From NCBI GenBank assembly GCA_963666115.2, contig CAXXET010000006.1, forward strand, positions 224,001 through 288,000: 64,000 nt of DNA, in the 5' to 3' direction. Made by a program: the position numbers and the translations under genes. Below are positions 9,624 through 18,848 of the stretch, in pieces. The notes under the pieces were generated by a model that saw only the letters and a list, made by a program, of their open reading frames with translations, was not told the origin of the DNA and did no database searches. How positions within the stretch are numbered: the first letter of the stretch is position 1; each line of letters opens with the position of its first letter. Source of the stretch: Dehalococcoidia bacterium. Its GTDB lineage: Bacteria > Chloroflexota > Dehalococcoidia > UBA6926.

Positions 9624-9764
9624 TCAGGAATCCCGTTCGTTCAATTTGTCGACGTACTCGGCCAGCTTGTCGATCACGGGAACAAGCCTGAGGAGCACGA
9701 TGAGGGCTCCGACGGCAACCAACAGCGTAGCGGCGGCTGCAATAATTGATGCTGCATCGCCCAT
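9624..9764 (-). CDS. Small single-pass membrane protein, 46 aa
   Basis: Below the ORF-track cutoff. MGDAASIIAAAATLLVAVGALIVLLRLVPVIDKLAEYVDKLNERDS*, with RBS GAGGAGGG just upstream of the ATG. Confidence 0.7.
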   Translation of the reverse strand: MGDAASIIAAAATLLVAVGALIVLLRLVPVIDKLAEYVDKLNERDS

Positions 9765-9991
9765 GACATTCCCTCCTCGCCTGCCGACGCTCTACATAAT
9801 CTGCGCCGACTCTGATCGCCCGTAGTAAAGGCACGGGGCGGAGGAATTGTCAAGCGATTTCGCGCGCGCGGGCACGCGAACCAGTTGCGCCTGCTTATGT
9901 GGACGCGTCATAATGTCGCCATTCCGAGGCGCGCGAGACGGCGTGCCAGGACGGACGATGACTCTGCGGAGTCGCGGGAGGGGTGAGGACG

Positions 9992-11206
9992 ATGGATTTT
10001 CGACTCAATGCCGACGACCAGGCGCTGCAGGACGAGGCGCGCGCATTCACGCGAACGGAGTGGAGCGAGAAGGTGGCCGACCCGCGCGGGTGGGACGACA
10101 TGGGCCTTCTCTCCCCGTATCACGCGGATGACGAGGCTTTGCAGGCGCAGCGGGATTTCTCAAAGAAGCTGGTGGACAAGGGCTGGTGGACGATGCACTG
10201 GCCGGAGGAGTACGGGGGCCGCGCCGCCGCCATCACCACGCAGCTTGCGTACCGCGAGGGCATGGCGTACGAGGGCGCGCCGGCGTCGTTCGGCGGCGGA
10301 CTTGTCGCGCCCGTGCTGATGATTCACGGGACGCAGTGGCAGAAGGATGAGTTCCTGCCCAAGATGGCCAATGCGGACATCGACTTCGCGCAGGGGTTTT
10401 CCGAGCCGAACGCAGGGTCCGACCTCGCGAGCCTGCAAACGCGAGCTGTCCGCGACGGCGACGATTACATCGTCAACGGCCAGAAGATCTGGACGTCCGG
10501 CGCGCACTATGGCGAGTGGTACCACGTGCTGGTTCGCACGGACCCGGATGCGCCCAAGCACCGCGGCATCAGCTATGTGTTGATGCAACTGCGGAGTGAT
10601 GAGGGCGACGTTGTGCCGGGGGTCACCCTGCGACCGCTGTTCGATATGACTGGCACGCGGCGGTGGAGCGAGGTGTTCTTTGACAACGTTCGCGTGCCGG
10701 TGCGGAACCTCATCGGCGAGGAGAACCGGGGCTGGTACGCGGCAATGACGACGCTCTCGTTCGAGCGCTCCGGCATCGAGACCGCGGCCAAGTACCTTGG
10801 CGAGTTGGACCGGTTCCTCGAGGTCGTGCGCGGGACGCGCTTCAACGGCGAGGCGGTGCTGAACGACCCGCTCATCCGCCACAAGGTGGCCGATCTGAAG
10901 ATCGAGTTGGAGACGCGCCGGATGCTGTCGTACCGCGTCGCGTTCATGCAGTCGCGCGGCGAGCTGCCTGTGAAGGAAGGCTCGATGGGCAAGGCGTGGG
11001 GCGACAACCTCGGCAAGAAGTGGCCGCAGTTGATGGCGAGCATCTTGCAGGAGTACGGTCGGCTCGGTCTTGGCGAGTCGCGCGCCCCGATGGGCGGCTA
11101 TCCGGGCTTCCGCTACGGCGCGATGCACGGGAGCGGGCTTGGCGGCGGCACGACGGAGATCCAGCGGAACCTGATCGCGCAGCGGGGTTTGGGGCTGCCG
11201 CGGTAG
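9992..11206 (+). CDS. Acyl-CoA dehydrogenase family protein
   Basis: QGFSEPNAGSDLASL.TRA, NGQKIWTS, EVFFDNVRVP, GGGTTEIQRN. Confidence 0.95.
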   Translation: MDFRLNADDQALQDEARAFTRTEWSEKVADPRGWDDMGLLSPYHADDEALQAQRDFSKKLVDKGWWTMHWPEEYGGRAAAITTQLAYREGMAYEGAPASFGGGLVAPVLMIHGTQWQKDEFLPKMANADIDFAQGFSEPNAGSDLASLQTRAVRDGDDYIVNGQKIWTSGAHYGEWYHVLVRTDPDAPKHRGISYVLMQLRSDEGDVVPGVTLRPLFDMTGTRRWSEVFFDNVRVPVRNLIGEENRGWYAAMTTLSFERSGIETAAKYLGELDRFLEVVRGTRFNGEAVLNDPLIRHKVADLKIELETRRMLSYRVAFMQSRGELPVKEGSMGKAWGDNLGKKWPQLMASILQEYGRLGLGESRAPMGGYPGFRYGAMHGSGLGGGTTEIQRNLIAQRGLGLPR

Positions 11207-11229
11207 GGGGTCGTCAGTTAGGGATTCGT

Positions 11230-11257
11230 GTAGGGGCGGTTCGCGAACCGCCCCTAC
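11230..11257. repeat. REP-like perfect palindrome GTAGGGGCGGTTCGCGAACCGCCCCTAC
   Basis: 28-bp perfect inverted repeat with GTAG terminus; related copy at 36982-37009 and half copy near 60302-60313. Confidence 0.8.
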
Positions 11258-11285
11258 TCATAGATGGCGACGACAAGGTGATGAA

Positions 11286-12260
11286 TTGAGCCGACGCTGG
11301 ACTCTGGCCATAGCGCCCCTGGCACTTGCAATCTTGCTGGGCTTGGCGGCGTGCAACGGCAATGAGGATACGCCTGAGCAACCGCAGGCAGATTCAACTG
11401 CTATTGCTACTGGGGATGCGAGCGGGTCGGCAAGCCCGACTCCACTGTCGATTTCGGGGCAGATACCTCCTTCGGCGACTCCGACTCCCGTCTTGTCGCC
11501 GACAGCGATTCCCGATGCAGAGCAACAGGCTATCACTGAGGAATATCTGGAGCGGTGCCGAGTTTACGTGAGGAATAATGAACTGGCGGTCACATACGCC
11601 GAATTCACAGAACTTGATCCTCACAACATGACTGACCTGGAGCGAGTCATCTGGGCCGAGCAGATTGGCCAGCGGGAGCATTGCCGCGACTATTGGAGTG
11701 AACCACTGTCAGCCGCGAATGCCGGCAAGAGGAATGATTCTTATCGGAACGGCTGTTACGAATCGCTCTGGCGCCACCACAACAATTTTATTGAAGGGCA
11801 CAGTCGGGGAAGTGACTCCATTCGCTTTGATCAGGCTGCGCGGATTGCCAACTGGCTCGATATTCCGGGCGATACCCTCGTGACGATGGATCCCAGTCCG
11901 CTTGATCTTGCTATAGCTGCACGGGAGCAGGGGAATCGGTACGAAGAAGGGGACTACGAGACCGCCCTGGACGATGAGTGGTTTGGCCTAGTACCGGGGC
12001 GTGTGCCGGGGCATTTCAGCGTTACGGGGCCGTGGCCGAGGAATCCATTTGAAGTTGGGCCAATGGTCGGAGACTCGTCGGACACGGGCAACTGTGCGCG
12101 GTATTACCCGCAGCTATTCACGGGTCGCTGGATACCGCTGGATACGGCGATCAGGCGCCAAGAGATACAAGAGTATCTCGCTACGAGGACACCCACTCCT
12201 GTTCCGGATGATTTTGGCGAATGGGTCAATCAACGTGACAGACAGGTTTATGTGGGGTAG
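11286..12260 (+). CDS. Hypothetical lipoprotein
   Basis: Lipobox LAAC, Pro/Thr/Ser linker, Cys-containing globular part; looks lower in GC than its neighbours. Confidence 0.7.
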   Translation: MSRRWTLAIAPLALAILLGLAACNGNEDTPEQPQADSTAIATGDASGSASPTPLSISGQIPPSATPTPVLSPTAIPDAEQQAITEEYLERCRVYVRNNELAVTYAEFTELDPHNMTDLERVIWAEQIGQREHCRDYWSEPLSAANAGKRNDSYRNGCYESLWRHHNNFIEGHSRGSDSIRFDQAARIANWLDIPGDTLVTMDPSPLDLAIAAREQGNRYEEGDYETALDDEWFGLVPGRVPGHFSVTGPWPRNPFEVGPMVGDSSDTGNCARYYPQLFTGRWIPLDTAIRRQEIQEYLATRTPTPVPDDFGEWVNQRDRQVYVG

Positions 12261-12290
12261 GCGAACCGTCTGGCGTGCGTAGGCGCGCCT

Positions 12291-12336
12291 AGATTCCCGC
12301 TTTCGCGGGAATGACGGAGGTGGGGGCGGGAATGAC
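12291..12336. repeat. ATTCCC-N8-GGGAAT(GAC) palindromic repeat plus half copy
   Basis: AGATTCCCGCTTTCGCGGGAATGAC then GCGGGAATGAC, between convergent genes. Confidence 0.8.
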
Positions 12337-12385
12337 GAGTGGAGTGGCGCCGTTGACTCTGTTCCGGCGGCTAGCTGCGTTCTCG

Positions 12386-13264
12386 CTATGGTTTCCAGGT
12401 GATGATGGCGGGGCGGCGGGGGGCGGTGTTTGAGATTGTGTAGCCGGTTGGGGTTTCCTGGAGGAGTTCGTCGAGGGCGGCCTGGAGGCGGGAGTCTTCG
12501 GGGGTGTTTTGTTCTACGTCCAGGCGGCGGCGGAGCTGATTGGTGATTTCTTCGCGGTTGCGGCCCATGACGGGGGTTTCGGGCGGGAGCATGGTGACGT
12601 CGGGGTAGATGTCCATTGCCCAGAGGAGTTCGAGCAGTTCGGGCACGCCGGGCATGGGGGTCGGCACGGCGCCGTAGACGCGCTCATAGAACGGGACTTC
12701 AAGGGCGCTGGGGGCTTCCATCATCTCGATGACGGCCACGCGGCCCGCTGCGCGCTCCTGCATCTTGGCAATGAACGCTGCCCCCTCCGGCACGTGGTGC
12801 AGCACGAGCGAACAGAGCACGAGATCAGCGGCTTCAACGTCTGCGTCTTCCCATCGTTCGGTCATGACGGTGATGTTGGAGAGTCCGGCCTCGGCGGCGC
12901 GTTCCTGCAACATTCCGACTGCCTCCGCTGACGGTTCGATGACCGTTACGTGTTTGGCGCGCGTGGCTAACGGCAGGGCGAACCGGCCTGCGCCGCCGCC
13001 AACGTCAAGGACGGTTGAGTCCGAATCGATGAGGGCGAACAGGGCATTGACTGCGGGGTCGTCTGTGCGGTGGGGATCACGCGGACGGTTGGTATAGGAG
13101 AATCCACCATGGCCTCCGTGGACGTGGTGGCCGCCGTGCGCATCTTCGCGGCCATCGTGGCCGTGTTCATGGCCCGGGCTGTGGCCGGAGCGGATGGCGG
13201 CGGCCTCGCGGTCGTGGGCGATGATTCGCTCTCGCCACGCGTCGGCTGCGGTCTGAGAGTCCAT
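12386..13264 (-). CDS. Class I SAM-dependent methyltransferase with His-rich N-terminal segment
   Basis: VLDVGGGAGRF, IEPS, ADLVLCSLVLHHV; HSPGHEHGHDGREDAHGGHHVHGGHGG. Confidence 0.88.
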   Translation of the reverse strand: MDSQTAADAWRERIIAHDREAAAIRSGHSPGHEHGHDGREDAHGGHHVHGGHGGFSYTNRPRDPHRTDDPAVNALFALIDSDSTVLDVGGGAGRFALPLATRAKHVTVIEPSAEAVGMLQERAAEAGLSNITVMTERWEDADVEAADLVLCSLVLHHVPEGAAFIAKMQERAAGRVAVIEMMEAPSALEVPFYERVYGAVPTPMPGVPELLELLWAMDIYPDVTMLPPETPVMGRNREEITNQLRRRLDVEQNTPEDSRLQAALDELLQETPTGYTISNTAPRRPAIITWKP

Positions 13265-13479
13265 GTGAGTTTCCCCTCGAATGTTGCTGGTCAAATGATT
13301 GTATAGGCGTGACCGGTTCGCGCGCTGTTGTTAAACGAAAGGGCAGAACGTTTAATTCGGCTCGGCGGCGTTAAACTTTCTTTCATCGGCTCGGCCGCAA
13401 TTAAAGATTCGGCACCAAAACTTGAATTATCCGTGTGGATGGGCACAATGGAGGTGGTTGCACGGAAGGAGGGCGGGAC

Positions 13480-14661
13480 GTGAAGCGCGGACGGATCGGC
13501 ACGTATGAGACGACGTGGGTGGGCGGGGAGACCGTCCGCGCGTTCGTGCCGCATCCGCTGCCGCCCAATCCGCCGCTCCGCATGGACGGCACGCTTCAGC
13601 AGGCGCTGGAGCTGGCGACCGTCGCGATCGGCCGGCTGGATTCCATCTCGAGCCTGCTGCCTGATCCAGACGTCTTTCTCTACGCATACGTGCGCAGGGA
13701 GGCCGTGCTGTCCGGGCAGATCGAGGGGACGCGCTCCACGCTTTCGGACCTGCTGGAGTTTGAGATGGAGCGCGCGCCAGGGGTGCCGGTGGACGACGTG
13801 ACGGAGGTGTCCAACTACGTGGCGGCGATGGCGCACGGGCTGGCGCGCATGGCGGAGGGGTTTCCGCTGTCCAACCGGTTGATCCGGGAGATGCACGAAC
13901 GGCTTCTGGCGAGCGGCCGCGGCAGCCGCGAGCGGCCGGGGGAGTTCCGCGCGTCCCAGAACTGGATTGGCGGCACGCGCCCCGGGAACGCGCTGTTCGT
14001 GCCGCCGCCGAGCCACGCCGTGCAGGACTGCATGGGGGCGCTGGAGAGATTTTTGCACGCGCGGGACGACGGCCTGCCTGTGCTGGTCAGGGCCGGCATC
14101 GCGCATCTCCAGTTCGAGACCATCCATCCGTTCCTTGACGGCAACGGGCGCATTGGGCGGCTGCTGATCCCGCTGCTGCTGTCTGAGCGCGGCTTGTTGA
14201 GCAGGCCGCTGCTGTACATTAGCCTGCACCTGCGGCAGCACAGGGACGAGTACTTTGCGCTGCTGGACCGCGTGCGGATGGACGGCGATTGGGAGGCGTG
14301 GCTCGGTTTTTACCTGGAGGCCGTGCGGTCCACGGCGGAAAACGCGGTGCAGACCGCGCAGGAGCTGACCGGCCTCTTCACGGGGCACCGGCAGATGATC
14401 GTCGAACGGGCCGGACGGCGGGCCGGGTCAGTCCTGCGTGTCTATGACGCCCTGCGGGCGCGCCCCATCCAGAGCGCCCAAACTGCAAGGGAGGCCGTGG
14501 CGCTGTCGTTTCCGACGGTTTCCGCAGCGCTTAGGATGCTGGTGGAGTGGGGCATCGCGCGGGAGATTACAGGCGGCGCGAGCAACCGCGTCTACGTGTA
14601 TGACCAGTACGTCGCCATGCTGAGCGAGGGGGCGGAGCCGGACCAGGCGGGGCGCAATTAA
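13480..14661 (+). CDS. Fic family protein (N-terminal Fic/DOC region, probable C-terminal HTH)
   Basis: Canonical HPFLDGNGRIGR; EAVLSGQIEG (S/T-xxx-E-G-like); GTG start after RBS AAGGAGG. Confidence 0.93.
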   Translation: MKRGRIGTYETTWVGGETVRAFVPHPLPPNPPLRMDGTLQQALELATVAIGRLDSISSLLPDPDVFLYAYVRREAVLSGQIEGTRSTLSDLLEFEMERAPGVPVDDVTEVSNYVAAMAHGLARMAEGFPLSNRLIREMHERLLASGRGSRERPGEFRASQNWIGGTRPGNALFVPPPSHAVQDCMGALERFLHARDDGLPVLVRAGIAHLQFETIHPFLDGNGRIGRLLIPLLLSERGLLSRPLLYISLHLRQHRDEYFALLDRVRMDGDWEAWLGFYLEAVRSTAENAVQTAQELTGLFTGHRQMIVERAGRRAGSVLRVYDALRARPIQSAQTAREAVALSFPTVSAALRMLVEWGIAREITGGASNRVYVYDQYVAMLSEGAEPDQAGRN

Positions 14662-14782
14662 ACTTTCATGCCTAAAACTTTAATTGTTGTCTCGCCCGTT
14701 AAACTTTCTTTCACGGTCGCGCGCCTGTGAATCGGCTACACTGAGGCGTCGGATGGCGGCGGAGCAGGGGAGGATAGGCGTC

Positions 14783-15967
14783 ATGGACTTCCAGCAGTCG
14801 GTTGAGGACCTTGCGTTTCGTGATGAGATTCGGGATTTCGTCGCGGCGAACTGGGATGACACCCGCTACCACATGAACGACGTGTCCAACGCATCGTGGC
14901 ACCTTGACGATACGGAGGCGCTGGACGCCGCCCATCAATTCGCCAAGAAGCTGGTGGACAAGGGCTGGTACACGATGCATTGGCCTTCGGAGCACGGCGG
15001 GCAGGACGCGGGGTTCACGCGGATGCTGACGTACCGCGAGGAGATGGCGTACCGGGGCGCGCCGGCGAGCGGGGCATTTGGCGGGGACGCGGTGATTTTG
15101 CACGGGACGCCGTGGCAGAAGGATGAGTGGCTGCCGAAGATTGCGACGGCGGATATGCCGATCGCGCTCGGGCTCTCGGAACCCGGCAACGGCTCCGATT
15201 TGGCGGGTGTGACGACGCGCGCCGTCCGTGACGGCGACGATTACGTGATCAACGGCCAGAAGATGTGGACGTCCACGGCGCACCATTCGACGTGGATACG
15301 GATGCTGGTGCGCACGGACACGGACGCGCCCAAGCATCGAGGTCTCTCGATATTCTTTGTCCCCCTGGATTCACCCGGCATCACCATCCGCCCCATCCAC
15401 GACATGGCGGGTCGACGCCGGTGGAGCGAGGAGTTCTTCGAAGACGTGCGGGTGCCGTCGCGCTATATGCTCGGCGAGGAGAATCGCGGCTGGTACGTGA
15501 TGGCGGCGTCGTTGACGGCTGAACGGGTGGAGGTTGGCTCGCCCGCATCGCTGCTGCGCGAATGGGAGCGATTCGTGGACTTTGCGCGGACGTACCGCGT
15601 CGACGGGGGCACGCCGCTCGATGATCCGATCAACCGCGCGCTGCTGGCAGACCTGCGCGTCAAGCTCGGCATGTTCCGGGCCATCTGCTGGAAAGGCGCG
15701 TGGGACAGCCGGCAAGGGGAGGACGTGTCACGGATCGCTTCGATCTCGCGCGTGCTTTCGGGCGAGCTGGTGCAGGAGTTGTGGCGCGGGTTCACGCGGG
15801 TCATCGGCGACGCGGCGCAGGTGATGCCGTACGGCGCGGAGTGGGCGCCGATGGACGGGTTCATCGGGGTGAACGCGCTGATGAGCACGGGGCGGACGTT
15901 CGGGCACGGCACGAAGGAGATCCAGCGGAATATCGTGGCGACGCGGGGGTTGGGGTTGCCGCGGTAG
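14783..15967 (+). CDS. Acyl-CoA dehydrogenase family protein (paralog of 9992-11206)
   Basis: LGLSEPGNGSDLAG, NGQKMWTS, EEFFEDVRVP, GTKEIQRNI. Confidence 0.95.
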   Translation: MDFQQSVEDLAFRDEIRDFVAANWDDTRYHMNDVSNASWHLDDTEALDAAHQFAKKLVDKGWYTMHWPSEHGGQDAGFTRMLTYREEMAYRGAPASGAFGGDAVILHGTPWQKDEWLPKIATADMPIALGLSEPGNGSDLAGVTTRAVRDGDDYVINGQKMWTSTAHHSTWIRMLVRTDTDAPKHRGLSIFFVPLDSPGITIRPIHDMAGRRRWSEEFFEDVRVPSRYMLGEENRGWYVMAASLTAERVEVGSPASLLREWERFVDFARTYRVDGGTPLDDPINRALLADLRVKLGMFRAICWKGAWDSRQGEDVSRIASISRVLSGELVQELWRGFTRVIGDAAQVMPYGAEWAPMDGFIGVNALMSTGRTFGHGTKEIQRNIVATRGLGLPR

Positions 15968-15977
15968 GGAGTTCTTT

Positions 15978-16004
15978 AGATTCTTCGCTGCGCTCAGAAT
16001 GACA
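15978..16004. repeat. Short palindromic repeat AGATTCTTCGCTGCGCTCAGAATGACA
   Basis: Near-identical to 51508-51533; degenerate copies at 26383-26450 and 60320-60338. Confidence 0.8.
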
Positions 16005-16043
16005 CGGGCGCGGCTGCGCGCAACCGCATTGGGCGGATGGGTT

Positions 16044-16117
16044 TGGCTGGGGAACGTGGATTCGAACCACGACTAACAGATTCAGAGTCTGTCGTCCTAC
16101 CGTTAGACGATTCCCCA
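16044..16117 (-). tRNA. tRNA-Gln(CTG)
   Basis: TGGGGAATCGTCTAACGGTAGGACGACAGACTCTGAATCTGTTAGTCGTGGTTCGAATCCACGTTCCCCAGCCA; anticodon CTG, GTTCGA T-loop, encoded CCA. Confidence 0.97.
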
Positions 16118-16173
16118 GCGTCTGAACTCGTCTTTCCATAGTACTCCGAAACGCAAGCAGGGTGGGCACGCCT

Positions 16174-16246
16174 GGTTCCCGTGTCAGGCACGGGAAAAGG
16201 AATTGGACGGTGGCGCCGCCTGGGGTTCCGTGTCAGGCACGGGAAA
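16174..16246. repeat. Two direct copies of the hairpin TTCC(C)GTGTCAGGCACGGGAA
   Basis: Copies at 16174-16197 and 16224-16246, between tRNA-Gln and copA. Confidence 0.75.
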
Positions 16247-16276
16247 CGATTCGGGGGATGGGCGTACACTGTTTGT

Positions 16277-18772
16277 ATGGTGGTTACTGAATCTGATGGT
16301 CGGCTTTCGGGGCTGGAGACGGTCTCGATCAGCGTTTCGGGGATGACGTGCGCGGCGTGCGTGATGCACGTGGAGCATGCGCTGACGGACGTGCCCGGTG
16401 TTGAGGAGGCGCGCGTCAACCTGGCAACGGAGCGCGCCGTCATCGAGGTCCCCGACGGGGTCTCGCTTGACGTGCTTGCCTCGGCGGTCAAGGAGGCGGG
16501 CTACGGCGCCCGGACGGAGACGCAGCGGCTGTTCATCGAGCCGGACACGGACGGCGATGATCCCCGCGAGAAGGCCGTGTCCGCCCTCATGGGCCTTCGC
16601 GGCGTGCGGTGGGCGACGCCCGACGAGGAGGACGCAACCGCCCTGACGGTCGAGCACTACAGCGCGGCGGTCGATACAACCGATATTCGCAGCGCGGTTG
16701 TCGGCACCGGTCTGCGCGTCGCGGGCATCGAGGAGAAAGAGGACGCGCGCGTCGTTGCCAAGGAAGAGGAAGAGCGCGCGCTGCGGCTGCGGTTCCTCAT
16801 CGCGCTGTCCAGCGGCGTGGTCGTCATGCTGCTCGGCATGTCCGGCGTCCTGGAACGGAACATCGCGCACTACGTCATGTTCGCCATTGCGACGCCGATC
16901 CAGTTCTGGGCGGGGTCGCTCTTCTACGCGAGCGCGTGGTCGGCGCTCAAGCAGCGCACGTCCAACATGAACACGCTCATCTCGCTTGGGACGACGGCGG
17001 CGTATTTGTACAGCGTGGCGGCGACGTTCGCGCCGGGGTTCTTTGAATCGGCGGGCGGCGAGGCGGCGGTCTATTACGATACGGCGATCATCATCATCGC
17101 GCTCATCCTCATGGGGCGGTGGATGGAGGCACGGGCGCGGGGCAGGGCCTCGGACGCCATCGCCTCACTCCTCGGCTTGCAGCCGAAATCGGCGCGCGTC
17201 ATCCGTGACGGGGCGGAGATCATGCTGCCGGTGGAGAGCGTGCTGCCAAACGACATCATCGCGGTGCGGCCGGGGGAAAGACTGCCCGTCGACGGCATCT
17301 TGACCGAGGGCGCGTCCACCATCGACGAGTCCATGTTGACGGGAGAGAGCATCCCCGTCGACAAGGGCGAGGGCGATGAGGTGTACGGGGCGACGGTGAA
17401 CGGGACGGGCGCGTTCCGCCTGCGGGCGACGCGGGTTGGCAAGGATACCGCGCTCGCGCAGATTGTCCGCCTCGTGGAGGAGGCGCAGGGGTCGAAGGCG
17501 CCGGTGCAGCGGCTGGCGGACCTCATCTCCTCGTATTTCGTGCCGACCGTCGTGGCCATTTCGATCATCACGTTCATCGTCTGGAGCTTGGCGGGGCCTG
17601 AACCGGCGCTGACGCTGGCGACGCTGAACATGGTGGCGGTGCTGATCATCGCCTGCCCGTGCGCGTTGGGGCTTGCCACACCGACCGCGATCATGGTCGG
17701 CACGGGCAAGGGGGCGGAGAACGGCGTTCTCATCCGCAACGCGCAGGCGCTTGAGCTTGCCAGCAAGATTCGCACCGTCGCGCTGGACAAGACGGGGACG
17801 ATCACGCAGGGGCGTCCGTCCGTTACCGACGTGTTGACGGCGAACGACGCGGCTGAGGGTGACGTTCTTTCGATTGCTGCGACAGTGGAGGCCAGCTCGG
17901 AGCATCCGCTGGCGGAGGCGGTGTTGGCGCGGGCGGGCAGGGCGGCGGGGCAGGACATGACGGTTACGGACTTTGAGGCGCTGCCGGGGGCGGGCGTCAC
18001 GGCGAGCGTGGACGGTCGTCGCGTCGTCATCGGTAGTGCGCGGCTGCTTGTTGATCGGGGCGCGGTTATTTCGGACTCGCTGCGAACGGGGGCGGACGCG
18101 CTGGCAGAGCAGGGCAAGACGCTCATGTTCGTCGCGGTGGATGATGCCGCAATGGGGGTGCTGGCCATCCAGGACCCCGTGAAGCCGTCGGCGAGGCGCG
18201 CCGTTGAGCGGCTCCATGCGATGGGCGTCCGCACCGTTATGCTGACGGGCGATAACCAGGCGACGGCGCAGGCCATCGCCGAGCAGGTCGGCATTACGGA
18301 GGTGCGGGCCGAGGTTCTGCCGGCGCAGAAGGCGGAGGTCGTTGCGGCGCTGCAGGCCGAGGGCGGGCACGTCGCGATGGTTGGCGACGGCATCAACGAT
18401 GCGCCCGCGTTGGCGCAGGCGGACGTCGGCATCGCGATCGGCACGGGGGCGGACGTCGCGATGGAGGCTGCGGACGTGACGCTGGTGAGCGGCGACCCGA
18501 ACGGGGTGGCGACGGCTATCCAGTTGTCGCGACGCACGGTGCGGACGATCTGGCAGAACCTGTTCTGGGCGTTCTTCTATAACGCGACGCTGATTCCGAT
18601 CGCGGCGGGCGCGCTGTACCTGGTGTTCAGCGGCGGCGTGCCGGCGGGGTTGCAGTTCGCGCTTGGCGAGCAGGGCTTCCTGAACCCGATGATGGCGGCG
18701 GCGGCGATGGCGATGTCGAGCGTGAGCGTGGTGCTGAATTCGCTACGGCTGAAGGGGTTTCGGGCGGGGTAA
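16277..18772 (+). CDS. copA: Cu(I)-translocating P1B-type ATPase
   Basis: GMTCAAC HMA domain, [47 protein letters not shown]. Start set at ATG 16277 because the upstream GTG lies inside a repeat. Confidence 0.95.
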   Translation: MVVTESDGRLSGLETVSISVSGMTCAACVMHVEHALTDVPGVEEARVNLATERAVIEVPDGVSLDVLASAVKEAGYGARTETQRLFIEPDTDGDDPREKAVSALMGLRGVRWATPDEEDATALTVEHYSAAVDTTDIRSAVVGTGLRVAGIEEKEDARVVAKEEEERALRLRFLIALSSGVVVMLLGMSGVLERNIAHYVMFAIATPIQFWAGSLFYASAWSALKQRTSNMNTLISLGTTAAYLYSVAATFAPGFFESAGGEAAVYYDTAIIIIALILMGRWMEARARGRASDAIASLLGLQPKSARVIRDGAEIMLPVESVLPNDIIAVRPGERLPVDGILTEGASTIDESMLTGESIPVDKGEGDEVYGATVNGTGAFRLRATRVGKDTALAQIVRLVEEAQGSKAPVQRLADLISSYFVPTVVAISIITFIVWSLAGPEPALTLATLNMVAVLIIACPCALGLATPTAIMVGTGKGAENGVLIRNAQALELASKIRTVALDKTGTITQGRPSVTDVLTANDAAEGDVLSIAATVEASSEHPLAEAVLARAGRAAGQDMTVTDFEALPGAGVTASVDGRRVVIGSARLLVDRGAVISDSLRTGADALAEQGKTLMFVAVDDAAMGVLAIQDPVKPSARRAVERLHAMGVRTVMLTGDNQATAQAIAEQVGITEVRAEVLPAQKAEVVAALQAEGGHVAMVGDGINDAPALAQADVGIAIGTGADVAMEAADVTLVSGDPNGVATAIQLSRRTVRTIWQNLFWAFFYNATLIPIAAGALYLVFSGGVPAGLQFALGEQGFLNPMMAAAAMAMSSVSVVLNSLRLKGFRAG

Positions 18773-18848
18773 GGGGCCGCTCGCACAACTGCGATGCCAA
18801 TTCACGGTTGTACGGCTGGCCGCGATGCGTTCGCGTGCAGGGGGCGCC

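Noticed and set aside
16174-16246. Two direct repeats with a spacer as a mini-CRISPR
   Set aside because: Only two imperfect copies, no leader or cas genes, and they resemble the dispersed hairpin repeat family
16181-16276. N-terminal extension of CopA in the ORF track
   Set aside because: It translates repeat DNA; a -10 box sits just before ATG 16277
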